Positions 1 through 12,964 are shown, counted from the first letter of the whole stretch. The stretch: 61,846 nucleotides of DNA, filler included, from Globobulimina sp. (GCA_003354225.1; 18 parts of 18 records of this genome joined end to end with filler, not necessarily neighbours in it); one strand, 5' to 3'. Made by a program: numbers and translations. The notes: generated from the letters alone by a model not told the origin.

Positions 1-523
1 AATCCACATAAATAAATGTGACACATATATATACGCTCTGTTGAATGATTGTGATTTGTTTTTGACAGCATTGAAAGCAGCTGCCATTTTCAAAAAACGT
101 TAACTATGATTATGCAAAAACGTTAAGTATGAATTAAGCGGCGATGCGATTTTCAAAGACAAACTGTAAAGAGACATGATGTTTGTTCTATATTGATTGA
201 ATGTTCATACTCAGCAACGTCTCATCATGTTCCTTCATTACAGCTTGCAAAACCTTAAGCTAGAATTTGCAATTAAATGTCAGACCATTCCGCCAGAAAA
301 ACAAACGAGAAAGAATACATTGTATGTTTTGTGTCTGTTGTACGTCAATTATATTACATATTTATATATAATGTTTCAATACAGCCACCATATTCTTCTA
401 ACCGTAACACGCGATTAGTTAAGCACTTCCAGATTGTTTTTTTATAAGGGGGTGACCGGTCAGTGAGTGACTGACTGTTTCTGAAAACGTTAGTACTTAT
501 CCTGGCACACACGATATATTTAG

Positions 524-2833
524 ATGCAAAATAATGAAAATAATACAACACGCACAAAACAAATTAAATCAACAAAAGAAATGCTTGAATATGATTCAGA
601 ACAAACTGAATCAGAGACTGATTATAGCAGTGATGATAGCGATGATAGCCATTATAGCGATGATGACATTGATGTTGTTTCCAATACGTCGCAAACAAAA
701 ATAACTCCTTTAGAATTAATCAAAAGCAGAGGCCTTACAACTACTCCAATGTTAAATCCATGGCAAACCAAAACAACCCAAATTGCGCCTGCTGTCGACA
801 CAAAAAACAACACAAATTCCCATGATATTGTCACCAATCCACGTTTGCGTCCAATACAAAATAAAACACAATCCACAATTCCACCAGCTCTCAGTACACA
901 AAATAATCCCAATAACATTAATGCCAATAATATTTGTAAAATATCACAACAAAAACCTGATATTTTGCCTAATTTACAGGCAAACAAAACAGATATATGT
1001 AATAATAATAATATTAATATGTCGCAACAGACTGACATTCGCGAAATGGTATCGCGTGAATGTATTGAATCATTTACAAGTTTCTCTATGTTTATATAAA
1101 TAAAAATATTGCTTCTTATATTGAATTGTTTGAAATAATATACTTTTAAATACAGAGTTTTACGCCGCAACCCATTGGGATATTGATTTTGATTTATTGA
1201 GTAATAATACATTGTGGGCTTTAAAGAGTTTGATCGATCCAAATAACGAAAGGACTGAGGAACTGTGTAAAGTATCCGTCGACGCTGCCAAGGAGGCATT
1301 AGAGAGCAAATACACAGTTGGACCTTTTAGACTTGCAAGCGAGGATTGTTGCGTGCCATTTAATGTTGAAGCTAGTGTAGAAAAGTTAGTCACAAAGTTG
1401 AGTACTGAAAAAAAGTGGCCTGATTTCATTCGACAAAGCTCAATTTTGGTGAAACAAAGTAAGCTTATAAATGATTTGGTGGATTTCATTATTAATATGT
1501 TTCAAGTTCAGTTTGAAAAGAAACGTTTTCATAATCGCAATTTTTTTACATATCCAGTTTGTGTGTTGTGTGAAAACATAAAATAAAACACAAATAAAAA
1601 CAAAACGCAGAAACCAAAATGAGATTACAAATACAATATATACAGCAACATTCATTTGGTATTAATGGTGATTTAGAATCCTTTGCAAACGCAATACGCC
1701 AAATATTAATTTTGCAATTCACAGCGCCAGTCAATTTTTGTTTAATTATACCAAAAGATAATTTAAAATGTAAAAAATCAATTGCAATCAATATCGGATC
1801 ATATATTCATTTATTTATTGGCAATGGGAAATATTCGATCACCAAAGAACTTATAACCTTTATTCATGGCAATATATCCAAAGAAATTGATATTGAATTG
1901 ACGTTAGGCTCATATGTAACAGGCGTTGGTTTAATTGATACTGTACTTGGCATTGGCACACATTATAAATATCTCGATAATGATTCATTGTGTAATATCT
2001 GCCCAAAATTAAAATTATATCCATGGTATAATATCCTGTATGATTTGGTGATTGCCATAGGTATTTATTTAATATTATTGTGTTTTGTAAAATATTTATT
2101 TTTTACCCAAAACCTATATAGAATTACCATCCATTGTTTTAACAAATACTGGTTCACCGACAGCAATTGCTTTTAATAATCAAGAAATAAATCAAACACA
2201 ACAACAATTTGACAATTATTTGCGTGATAAATGTCCATATTACAATAAAATTTGTGCTGAAGCAGGTTCGTCAATATCCATATTAAATCTATAAAATATA
2301 CAAAATAATATATGCTTCTGCATAGGCAATAACAAGAAATTATTATTGGATATTTTGCAGCGTATTTGGGTTACCTCCAAAGATAAAAATAATTCCAAAA
2401 TTAAAGCAATTAAACCTAAAATATTTGATATTTTATGTTGGTGGGCATATTATTATATTTTCAGCCATCAAACTCCGCCCAAAGGAGTGTTCCTTACAAA
2501 GGAAGATAAATTTGTTGCTGCAGATTTTCAGCAAATTGGACAGCAACATCTAACAATCTTGGTGTATTTAGCAAATAATGATACAGACTTTGCATGTTCA
2601 TGTTTTGGTGAAGAGACAGCAAAAACTGTGAAGAAATTTACAGCTTCACATTTTACCAAGCAAATTCTCAGCAAACTTGTCGGTGATTATGTCGTTGATG
2701 ATAAAAGTAATCAGTGCAAGGTTTATCATACCAAACCGACAAATTTATATCCACCAGCAAGCGGTGCGAGGCATTATTTTAAAACTCATGGATTTCTCAT
2801 TGGTTTATATTGTATGCCTTGCTTAGCGCCATG
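524..2833 (+). CDS. Multi-exon eukaryotic hypothetical protein with acidic/Asn-rich N-terminus, 3' end interrupted
   Basis: ORFs at 524, 1197, 1619 and 2346 join in frame through phase-compatible GT-AG introns at 1080-1155, 1557-1645, 2061-2121 and 2266-2325; probable further donor at 2834. No family recognised. Confidence 0.6.
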
Positions 2834-2920
2834 GTATTATGTATTAAATATTAATATTAAAAACAATTTATCATCCACCAAACATTTACAATTACTTAAA
2901 AGCAATTCCGTCGAACAATG

Positions 2921-3130
2921 TAAATTAACCAAAGCAATTTCTGTTGGATTGAGATTATAGCGAAGGGCAATCAAAATGAGTGTATCGCCGGGTTGAACGA
3001 TGTAAACAAGGTTCTCATCTTTTTGATTTTGGCTTACCTGAAGAGAACCGGCTGCCACCGGGCTAAGCATCAAAAGAAAGAAAAAAATTAGAGAAGTCGA
3101 TAACCTTAGAATTTTTGTTGAGTAAATCAT
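2921..3130 (-). CDS. Bacterial-type secreted LysM-domain protein, N-terminal fragment
   Basis: Signal-peptide-like segment (LIFFFLLMLSPVAA) then LysM pattern YIVQPGDTLILIALRYNLNPTEIALVN; similarity breaks near 2921. Confidence 0.8.
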
Positions 3131-3192
3131 ATACGTATCCACATTTGCTTAACTCTATTTTAAGCGTAACTGAAAAATTAGGCCAATAGAGA

Positions 3193-3217
3193 ATAAAAAA
3201 CCGCCTGGAAAGGCGGT
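3193..3217 (-). terminator. Rho-independent terminator upstream of the LysM gene
   Basis: Minus strand reads ACCGCCT-TTCC-AGGCGGT (7-bp GC-rich stem) followed by a T-tract. Confidence 0.75.
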
Positions 3218-3538
3218 ATGTTCTCAAAACTCTAATTTGGCTAAGGAATGTTAAACAACTACACCGAGATAATGACAGGTTTTATACCTTTGTATACTTT
3301 ATGTCTACCAATAGTTCTTAAAATCAGTTCGGGTGTTTTTTTAANNNNNNNNNNNNNNNNNNNNNNNNNNNNNNNNNNNNNNNNNNNNTTAATTAATTAA
3401 NNNNNNNNNNNNNNNNNNNNNNNNNNNNNNNNNNNNNNNNNNNNGCATAAAAAAAAAGAATCATGAAATAAATAAAATCAATAATAATGAAAAAAAGAAA
3501 GGGAAAGAAGGAGAAAAAAAAGAAGAAAAGGAATAAAT

Positions 3539-3680
3539 TTTGTACGAGAATGGTTAACAAAGACAGTGGGATTGGACAATATTTTAATAATTTTATAGAG
3601 GATGGCTATGATGATATCATTACAATTACAAAATGTACCAATGAACAGGATTTAATCTGATATGGGAATCATAAGTGTTC
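3539..3680 (+). pseudogene. Frameshifted SAM-domain fragment
   Basis: FVREWLTKTVGL / QYFNNFIEDGYDDIITITKCTNEQDL / DMGI is recovered only with two frameshifts. Confidence 0.55.
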
Positions 3681-4103
3681 CTGGCGGTGGTGTTATAAAC
3701 GGAGGAGGTGGTGACGATCCACCCGGGTTGTTGGTGGTGTTGTTGAAAGCGGCATTGTTGGTGATATTGTTAAAGGTATGGTTGTCGGTAATGTTGTTGG
3801 TGATGGTGATGTTGTTGGTGATGTTGTTGTTGGATGTCTATATTTTCTACAATCCCTCATTTTTTGATAATTGTTTAGTTTTTTTTAAAACCGGTTATGC
3901 CACGTGTTAGTATCATCAGTGCAGGCAACATAGGCATTTTGTAATTGTTCACGTGTAACTTTTTTATTTTCCAACACCTTGAACAATTCATTCTTATTTT
4001 TCTGTCCTAGTTTAAATACCAAGTCTACCGTCCTATCGTCATCAGGATATTCTAAACACACACTCAGCAACTCACCAATTTTTAACTTTCTTAGTTTCGA
4101 CAT
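3680..4103 (-). CDS. Hypothetical protein with Asn/Thr/Pro-rich tail, disrupted
   Basis: ORF 3885..4103 followed downstream by low-complexity NNIT repeats and PPPP; no family recognised. Confidence 0.3.
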
Positions 4104-4789
4104 TTTTGAAGTGGGAAAACTGATACAAAGATTTTCTGAAGTGACTAAAATTCATCCAATCCTATGAACAGCAACACTGCAGGTAACCATACACATATTT
4201 GTTGATGTATTAAAAACGGCAACTGTTGAAGAAAAGGACATCCAAGTGGACGAGAATAATAATATGTTGATTACTATTGTTGATGTAGGCCATGTACAAG
4301 TGACATTTAAAACTGATAGTTTATGTAATGATGCATATATAAATATTAATAAGATATTACCAAAGGGATGAATAGAAATATTGGATGAATAGTGACGGAA
4401 AGTTGAATAATAAGAAAAAGAAAAAGAAAATTGATTATGCAAGTATTAATAAATCTATTCGTTAGTAAGTAGTAACGAATAACATTTTTTTTGTATTTTC
4501 TGGGAAATTTCTTGTATTTAATTTCAAATAACATTTAATTTACCATTTTTGTAATGTGGATCCGGTGAATGTTTTTGCGACTTCGCGAAAATCTTAATAT
4601 CCACAGACCACTGGATCTTTTAATATCCACTATGGATATATAGTCTTTATGCGCACAGTTGCATCAGCATCAGTGGTGATAACTGATATTATCGAGACAA
4701 GTGTGAGTTTAAAGCATTACATCAACCGCATATTTAAATTTCAAAACTAATAATAGATGGATACGGGCACAATGATCATACACAAAACG

Positions 4790-5270
4790 ATAATGGATCC
4801 AATAATTTTGAGAACAATGTTGAGATGGTACTGAATGCAATGAAAATAAGCAATATATCATCAACCATCAAATGGGTCACCACCGCACCAGTCACAAATA
4901 TTAATCTCAATATTACACATTCTGTGTTCAAGTGTATTTATTAAATTTTATATTTCCATTTTAAATTCAAACTTTTCGCAAATTGACGCAAATTCCATCT
5001 TTTCTATCATTGATACGTCGAATAGAAGTGTGGCTAATATGTATTTTGAGAATAATACATTTAGCAATAATATTGGCAGTATTCAGGCATTGCTTTCCAT
5101 GGATTTGATCAGCAAACATAATAAACTCAGATTTTATGACAATATATTTGTCAATAATGATTTGTCGCAGTTAGTTTACAGCAAACATGTCAATTTATAT
5201 TTATTTTACAATCAGTTTCTCGATAATAATATATTGGATTCCATGGTGAACACAATACACCAAACTCTCA
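4790..5270 (+). pseudogene. Parallel beta-helix (pectin-lyase-like) repeat protein fragment
   Basis: Repeating FENNTFSNN, FYDNIFVNN and FYNQFLDNN motifs; surrounding frames broken. Confidence 0.4.
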
Positions 5271-6888
5271 AATATTATAATAAGTACAATGTTACCGATG
5301 GGATATCATCTCAGCAACTATATGTGCTATTCCTTTTGGGAGAAATAACGCTTCGCTGCCAATTGAAAATATGGTCTGCTTTTGGCAAATTCAATCGAAT
5401 TCAAAGCTGGTAAATCTTCAAAAAACAATGAAGATTTAATAACATTCTGCGGTACCAAACAATGGAATAAAATCAACAATACATATTATTGTATGTAAAG
5501 GAACTCAAATTAATAAACATGTATGCGTTATCATCTAAATATCCAGTGAGTGCAACAATCATTGTCTGTGATATAATCTTATGAATTATGATGTACAGAT
5601 TGTCATGAATATAATTGGATGCATCATATAATAAAATTAATGTCTTTTTCTTCATAAGTAAGACTCCCAACAATAGGGTCCTAAATTCAAATCACAAATT
5701 CAAATTTACAAGCACTAAATGTTTTTTTCGTAATTGCAGATTTTAAAATTCTGCTAAATTAATAGCTAAAAACAACTAAATAAACAGCATAGTTAAGTTT
5801 ATTTTGCTTGCAATTTGTATGCGCGCATATGAATATTGACCTTCAATTTATACATGGCACATAGCATTAATCCGGAATGTGATGTTAAATCAACAATCGA
5901 CAAACACGGTATGCATCGCAAATATCATTACTAACAAACGGATAGATGGCAAATAACTTATCCATCTATAAAACAGTTGCAATCCTCACTGCCATTTGAA
6001 CACTTTGTCCAAATTGAACGTAGTAATATATAGCATCAGGAAGTCGTGTGGAGAATATTGGAATGGATTAAAATAAGAATTAAAAAAAAAAAATCAACAA
6101 CAACAATATAAACAGTAATCACGCATCCATTAAAACCAAATATTCACCATTGATAATCCTAGCAACGAAATTAAAACACATATCTATTATCTCATACAAA
6201 CATCATTAAATTCAAGGATACAACAATTATATAGTGAATTGAAGCGAATTAGATTCAACGCGATATACGTATTCTGTCAAGCATTGCCATTTAAAACATT
6301 AATTTGCGCATTCCAAGAAGAAAAAGTGAATTCATCAGAGACAATTTAATGATTCAAGATCAACGGCTATTAATCTTTCGTCAAACATTCGCCTATTTTT
6401 ATTTATTAGCATTGGTTGTTCTCGCCGACGTAGTATTATCGACGCAGCAGTATATACATACTGTCAAGTTGAATTTTTTTTGAGTTTATAATTCAATTTT
6501 ATCCATATTTTATCGGACCAGAACGAGAGTCACAAAGAGAGACATTTACTGTAAATACATACCACGTAATTGAACAATTCACAACAGACGCAATACAAAC
6601 ACCAGAAATTATTAGTATCATACATACATATTTATTCCCAGAAATAGAGTCTTCGACAATTATATTATATTTTTGAGGCCATCAAATCTGAGACGCAAAC
6701 CCATTTTAATCGTAACAGAAATATCATATTATCAATAGTCAGGAGGTAATAAGGCAAAATAATGAAATCACTCAACAATGTCGCAAATNNNNNNNNNNNN
6801 NNNNNNNNNNNNNNNNNNNNNNNNNNNNNNNNTTAATTAATTAANNNNNNNNNNNNNNNNNNNNNNNNNNNNNNNNNNNNNNNNNNNN

Positions 6889-7367
6889 GAGATGAACCAG
6901 AAATGCAGGTGGGAAAACTGCTTTGCTGATGTGATAATTCCGGTGTGAAATGACAAAGCACTGTTCAGGTTGTTTGTAAAACAGGTCCATAGATCAGAAT
7001 GGATCAGGCGGGAGAAATTAAAAATAAACATCCGAACCGGACCCATCAAGAGCACACCGAGGACCCAGGGAATGCCCAGGCGGATAACTTTCTTTTTAAT
7101 AAATCCCAATGTCTGATAGTTTTGTTGTTCAAGGGAAGGCAGGGCAAAATACCCTGAAATAAAAAAAAGGCCTGGCATCAGAAAAATACCCAGGCTCCGG
7201 AGTATGAAATTACATATTTCAGAATTAGTGTCATTCACCGGCCACCAGGGTGTATAGTATGAATAACTGCAGGCAGCATGCAGAACAACTACCAAAAGCA
7301 CCAGAAGGTAACGTATATTGTCCAGAAAAAAAATTCGATCAGAAGCCAATTTCTCCGTTTGCGCCAT
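6889..7367 (-). CDS. Bacterial acyltransferase family 3 membrane protein (OpgC/MdoC-like), 3'-truncated at contig edge
   Basis: RIFFLDNIR..LVVVLH, FLMPGLFFISGYF, RLGIP and HLHFWF motifs; no introns; Shine-Dalgarno before ATG 7367. Confidence 0.9.
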
Positions 7368-7373
7368 GATTGT

Positions 7374-7379
7374 CTCCTT
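7374..7379 (-). promoter_or_regulatory. Shine-Dalgarno sequence AAGGAG
   Basis: Minus strand AAAAAGGAGACAATCATG; 6-nt spacer to ATG. Confidence 0.75.
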
Positions 7380-7861
7380 TTTAAGATATGATATTGAGAC
7401 AGACAGAAATATTCTTGTAATGAGCAATTACACAGATGCAGATACTTATTTTCTTACACAACGGGCATGTTTATTCAAGAAGTTTTTCTGTGTAGTGCAT
7501 TACTATAAACTCAATGAATTGCATAACTTGAACTTTTAGTTTATAATCACTTTTTGTAGAAATACATTTTGCAAACATATAATATTTCTGTGGTTTATTA
7601 TTGAATATAAATACCAACCTTCATTTGCAGTCTCTTGTTTTATTTCCATCACAGCTTCGATCCTAGAAATCAAAGCGTCAATCTCGGTGATACAAGAAGT
7701 CATTTGTAACTTTGAATTATTTTAAAAAAAAAACACTTTACTCAATCTTTTCCGGTTAGTCTCATGTACGCGCAGTTTCCCTGTCTATATACATTTATTG
7801 TAACAAAACCTGAATAATATATTAATAAACAGCAAGTCGATTATCATTTTGTAGATAAACA

Positions 7862-9034
7862 ATGGCAGATGAAAAAAAACAAGAAGCCGGTCCACCATCA
7901 TGCTTTGCAGCCAATCCATTCGAATCCGAAATGCGAGCCACCGCCAAAGCCATTGGTACGCGCGGAAAAGGTATATTAGCAGCCGATGAATCCACCGGTA
8001 CCATCGGCAAAAGATTAGCTATGATCAATGTGAAAAATGAGGAACCAAACCGCCAAAGATATCGAGAATTATTATTTACGACTCCCAACATCGGCAAATA
8101 TATTTGCGGTGTCATATTATTCGAAGAAACGTTATTCCAAACAGCCAAAGATGGCACTCCCTTCGCCGATGTATTGACTAAACAGGGCGTAATCCCCGGT
8201 ATCAAAGTGGACAAAGTTGAGTGCAAATTTCTGGATATTTCTGATAATCCGCATAATATATTAATATATACAAAGGGTACGCGCGATTTACAGGGCTTTC
8301 CCGGCGAGAAATGGACGCAAGGCTTGACCGATTTGGATTTACGAGCACAGAAATATTACAAAGCCGGTGCCCGTTTTGCGAAATGGCGGTCGGTGTTGGT
8401 GATACAGAATGGTTATATGTCGGAGACGGCCATCAAAGAGAATGCGTGGGGATTGGCTCGGTATGCCGCCATCTGTCAGGCCAATGGTTTAGTGCCCATC
8501 GTCGAGCCAGAAATATTAATGGACGGCGCGCATTCACTCCAAATCAACCAATATTGGACAGAAAGAGTGATCGCGGCCTGTTATAAGGCGCTGTCGGACT
8601 GCAATGTTATTTTAGAATGCAGCTTATTAAAACCAAACATGTGTTTACCGGGCAAGCAATATAAAGGCAAGAAATCTATGGAGATGAATGCCGCGGCCAC
8701 GGTGACCGCATTAAGACGCTCTGTGCCGGCCGCGGTGCCCGGCATTATGTTCTTATCCGGCGGACAATCGGAAGAAGAGGCCACTATGAATTTGCAGGCC
8801 ATTAATAAAGGTTTCGATGATTTGCCGTGGAGCGCGTCATTTAGTTATGGTCGCGCCTTACAACAGTCGTGTTTGAAAGCGTGGAAGGGGGAGGATGCAA
8901 ATCTCAAAGCTGGACAAGATGCGCTTTTGGTGCGAGCTAAAGCAAATAGTGAGGCGCAATTGGGTAAGTATGCCGGTGATGCGGCTACCGATGACTCAAA
9001 GAAAACCTTGTATGAGGCTGGATATACTTATTAA
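7862..9034 (+). CDS. FBA: Fructose-bisphosphate aldolase class I; intron 8216-8275
   Basis: [43 protein letters not shown] and C-terminal Tyr; removing the 60-nt GT-AG intron restores GIKVDKG. Confidence 0.97.
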   Translation: MADEKKQEAGPPSCFAANPFESEMRATAKAIGTRGKGILAADESTGTIGKRLAMINVKNEEPNRQRYRELLFTTPNIGKYICGVILFEETLFQTAKDGTPFADVLTKQGVIPGIKVDKVECKFLDISDNPHNILIYTKGTRDLQGFPGEKWTQGLTDLDLRAQKYYKAGARFAKWRSVLVIQNGYMSETAIKENAWGLARYAAICQANGLVPIVEPEILMDGAHSLQINQYWTERVIAACYKALSDCNVILECSLLKPNMCLPGKQYKGKKSMEMNAAATVTALRRSVPAAVPGIMFLSGGQSEEEATMNLQAINKGFDDLPWSASFSYGRALQQSCLKAWKGEDANLKAGQDALLVRAKANSEAQLGKYAGDAATDDSKKTLYEAGYTY

Positions 9035-9198
9035 GAAACATGTAAATGCATTTTAATTTTATACACTTTTTGATTCTTTTGATGTGTGTTTTTTGACGGA
9101 TAATTTTATACATTCATTATATCGAAAAGTAGTTTTTTAATTGAAGTGAGGTTTTTGGTTTTGACTAGGATCGCCTTTATATTTAGAATAGCATCCAA

Positions 9199-10232
9199 AT
9201 GACTCTAGATTATTGCGATTTCGATGAACCATTTCCTGTTGCATTTACCGAGATTGCTATTCCCCTCGGAATATTTATGACATTGCAAATATTATTATTT
9301 TATGATACATTGCATTCTGAATACAAACGTTCCAAAGCAATCCACACAACGAGGAGGCGAACCAAATTATCACTCAGAGTGACATATGTCGCCTTACAAC
9401 TTTGTGGGTTTTGTTTTACCTTTCTTGATATGTTAAGATTCGTTATTGATCCATATACAAAGTTCATTCAACATAATGATTTTGGCTGCGCGTTCGTCGC
9501 TTATTCACCAAAAGTAATCACAATCATCTATGTTCTCCTTTATTTATCTCAAGTTTTATTAAGATTACAGCTCTCATTTAAGGGCTCATTTGTAGCAATA
9601 AGTAAAAGGACATTCCTTTTTCTAGGATCGCTTATATTGATTCCCGGCATATTTGTGCCAATATTATTTTTTATATTTCTCGAAGAAGCTTGCATTTGGA
9701 AATGGAATCCAATGGATATGGTTGATAAACATGATGGTGACTTCGCATTTTGTGATTGGCATTCTCAGGGCATAGCAAATACTGTCATTGCTACGGCAAT
9801 AATATGGATTACTATTACAAACATAATTTATGCCGTTTTATTTGGTACCAAATTGTATGCAGTGTTAAGGAACAAAAAGAATAATAATGTCAAGCTTTCC
9901 TTTCAATTGAAATCATTAATCATTAAAAATACAATATTGACATTAGTTGTGTCTATATCAACATTGATTAATTGGTTTATGTGGTTATCTGGTGCCGGAA
10001 TCGTGTTTTTGTACTTTGATATTTGGTTCAATTGTTTCATTATCGGAATGATGTTCTCCCGCAATGACAAATATTATAAAAAACTATGTAAAGTATGTAT
10101 TGTTTGCTGTTTCATGGATTGTGATAAAACATTTAATAAAAATAATGAATATGAAACTGATGCGCAACGGAAGAGAACTAATAAATATTTACATATGACA
10201 CAAATGCCAAGCATGTCATCAGGAACAGCACA
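9199..10232 (+). CDS. Seven-transmembrane (GPCR-like) protein, 3'-truncated
   Basis: About seven hydrophobic segments, Cys ahead of TM3, Cys-rich tail (KKLCKVCIVCC) after the last helix. Confidence 0.65.
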
Positions 10233-10332
10233 NNNNNNNNNNNNNNNNNNNNNNNNNNNNNNNNNNNNNNNNNNNNTTAATTAATTAANNNNNNNNNNNN
10301 NNNNNNNNNNNNNNNNNNNNNNNNNNNNNNNN

Positions 10333-10478
10333 ATTATAATTGAGCGCGGTTTACGGTGAGAAAAAATGGTATCATAATTATGAATATTTTGCCGAAAATA
10401 AATTCACAGAATTTAAAAAAATGCGAAAATCGACGCGTTCATTATCATACAATTTAAGCTCTTCCGACACAATTTGAT
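10333..10478 (+). pseudogene. 3' end of a tandem paralog of the rhodanese/Cdc25-like gene
   Basis: Translates L*LSAVYGEKKWYHNYEYFAENKF versus LEIAALHGGKKWYHKNEYFAETKF in the 10955 ORF; TAA replaces GAA. Confidence 0.7.
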
Positions 10479-10954
10479 GCCTTTGAGAAAATTTTATATA
10501 AATATTGTTTATTAATTTGTAGTATTTACAGCTAGCTATTTTTGTTGTGTTGTTATAATATTTGCAAGCTAGCTATAAATACATTTTTTCATTTCTTTTT
10601 TCATATTTTACACTGTTTGATTTGTCCAGAAAGTTCTAAATATCTGACCAGTAAACGTTTAATTTACTGAAATGGTGGGATTTTACACAATTTCTGGACA
10701 AAAAGATGTTTTAATTTTATATATTTATAATTATATATACGTGAAGTTTATGGCTGCACAGAAAATAAATCTGACAGCTCAAAACGAAGTCAGTTGCAAT
10801 TTGCAAACTTATACGCATTAACCTCTCGCATTGTTATTACCTCACAAACGAGAAATATGTGTCGCTAAATATTTTTCTAGATCACAGAATATCAAAAGCT
10901 AAAAAAACTTTCTCAGCTTATTAAAAAACTTTCAAACTAACCACTATCATTGTA

Positions 10955-11707
10955 ATGGGTTGTGCGTGCAGCATACAACTCGTTCCTGGAATAACATCAT
11001 CTCCGCAATACATTTCGCATCCAGAATTACATAACTTGCTGGAAACACAGCGCACAAAAAATAATTATATTATTATTGACCTTCGAGATGAATGCATGGA
11101 TTATGATGGCGGCCATATTGATGGATCCATCCCAATCTCTCATGAAATATTTCATAATAAAATACCTGAAATCGTTAAGAATTATAATACGAGAACAAAA
11201 TTAATATTTTGCGATATGTACGGATCAATTTCAGGGCGATCCAATTTATGTTCACAACATTATTATAATTATAAAAGAGAAATTGTATCGAATTACTCAC
11301 GAAAAGAAGCAAAATCGTATTATTACGATAACGAAACAAGGATCGAAATCAATTGCGATTCAGAAACAATTTCAAATTTACCAAAACAGGAAATATTTGT
11401 ATTACAAGGCGGTGTTTTTGAATTAGTAAATAGTTCATTTGCTAATATTATCCATAATTTTGATGAATCGAAGTGGGAACAATTAGAAATAGCGGCGCTT
11501 CATGGTGGGAAAAAATGGTATCATAAAAACGAATATTTTGCTGAAACTAAATTCGCGGAATTCGCGGAATTAAAACAACAAACAAAATCTACAAGTTTCA
11601 AAGCCGTGGCTTCGACCATAAAATCCATTCGCTATGATTATCATACTTCGAATGCTATAATCCATGAATTTGATGAATTTGAAATTGAGAAAATATTAAA
11701 AAAATAA
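10955..11707 (+). CDS. Rhodanese/Cdc25-Acr2-like protein with N-terminal acylation motif
   Basis: IIDLRD..DYDGGHIDGS and FVLQGG motifs; divergent loop IFCDMYGSISGRS; starts MGCACS. Confidence 0.75.
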   Translation: MGCACSIQLVPGITSSPQYISHPELHNLLETQRTKNNYIIIDLRDECMDYDGGHIDGSIPISHEIFHNKIPEIVKNYNTRTKLIFCDMYGSISGRSNLCSQHYYNYKREIVSNYSRKEAKSYYYDNETRIEINCDSETISNLPKQEIFVLQGGVFELVNSSFANIIHNFDESKWEQLEIAALHGGKKWYHKNEYFAETKFAEFAELKQQTKSTSFKAVASTIKSIRYDYHTSNAIIHEFDEFEIEKILKK

Positions 11708-12964
11708 TAATCCATAAATTTAATTAAGAAAAACACAGTTTTAATCAATATTGTTTATTTTTTTTATGCTTTTTATATTTTTTGTTTGCATATTATTTGT
11801 ATTTTTATATTTTTATATATGCAGCAATAGATATTTATATGCAGCAATTATTCATATTTTTTTTTTGCATATTTTACATATTATTTGTCCAGAAATGGTT
11901 AGATTTTACATAATATCTGCTTGGATTTTACACTATTTCTGCACAAAAAGATTTTCTAACTTAAAATATATTATTTTTATATATGAACGTTACTCCGGTA
12001 TTTTTTTATCACTTTGCATTAGTTTGCATATTCGCAACAAACGACCTCTTAGTAAGTTTTTGAATTGTTGTAGTAATTTTAATTTTGACCCTAAGACTTA
12101 TCATGTCTTTATTCACTGCGCGAAGCAAAAAGAAAAAGAATGCAAAGTATGTGAATGCCCATCAAGAAAGTCATAAGGATGATTGGGTGCAGGATTATAA
12201 ATTCCCTGTATTAAAAAATCAATATAATTATGATCATAATCCACAACAACCTGCCAAAAAAAAAGCAAAATTCGTGGTGATTATAAAGAAATTAAAACCG
12301 AAAAAGAAAAAAAAAAGTACTAAATATTAAATAAATGACACAAACATGTAATGGTGATTTAAATGCATCTGTGAAGAAATAGAATTAAGTAAAAGTATAA
12401 TATTGAAAGTGTTTCAAATCAAACTATTTCTCACAAATTATAAGATATATATTTTGTCATTGTCTTTTGTTGATATAATTTTATTTTTGAGAATTTCATT
12501 GTGTTCAATTTAATTAAACCAATTGTTTTTTGTTTGTTTGTATTTCAAGTATTATTAGATCGTATAGTTAAAATCCTATGGACAGGACATCAGATATTTG
12601 GATATGCTAAAGAGCAAAAACGAATATGTGCACATTCAACTATCCTTGCACTTGCGAAACGTTGTGATTTTGCTACACTATCTCCGTTTATTCATGTTCA
12701 AAATTACCAAACATTTACTGAAAAATGGCTACAGGTTACAAAAGGATAAAAAAAAATAATTGTTTTATATTTAATTCTCAATATCCTGCGGAATAAAAAA
12801 GATACGATATGGCATGCTGACATGGTTAACGTTAATTTCTCATATACAGCATTTATATATCACATTTTCTTTATTATCGGATGCAATTATATAATTATTA
12901 ATATTTATTGAATGTTTTTGAACTTATAATTATATTAATTTATATATTGTCACACTTACGACAG

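Noticed and set aside
652-1299. Antisense and alternative-frame ORFs (e.g. 652..1299, 14753..15118, 32704..33093, 47210..47599, 56686..57114)
   Set aside because: Shadows of real genes or low-complexity codons, with no independent motifs.
8216-8275. Novel 20-aa insertion in aldolase
   Set aside because: Bounded by GT-AG, AT-rich, and its removal restores the conserved GIKVDKG.
11751-12176. 141-aa hydrophobic ORF as a membrane protein
   Set aside because: Arises from T-rich intergenic DNA that includes the duplicated non-coding segment.
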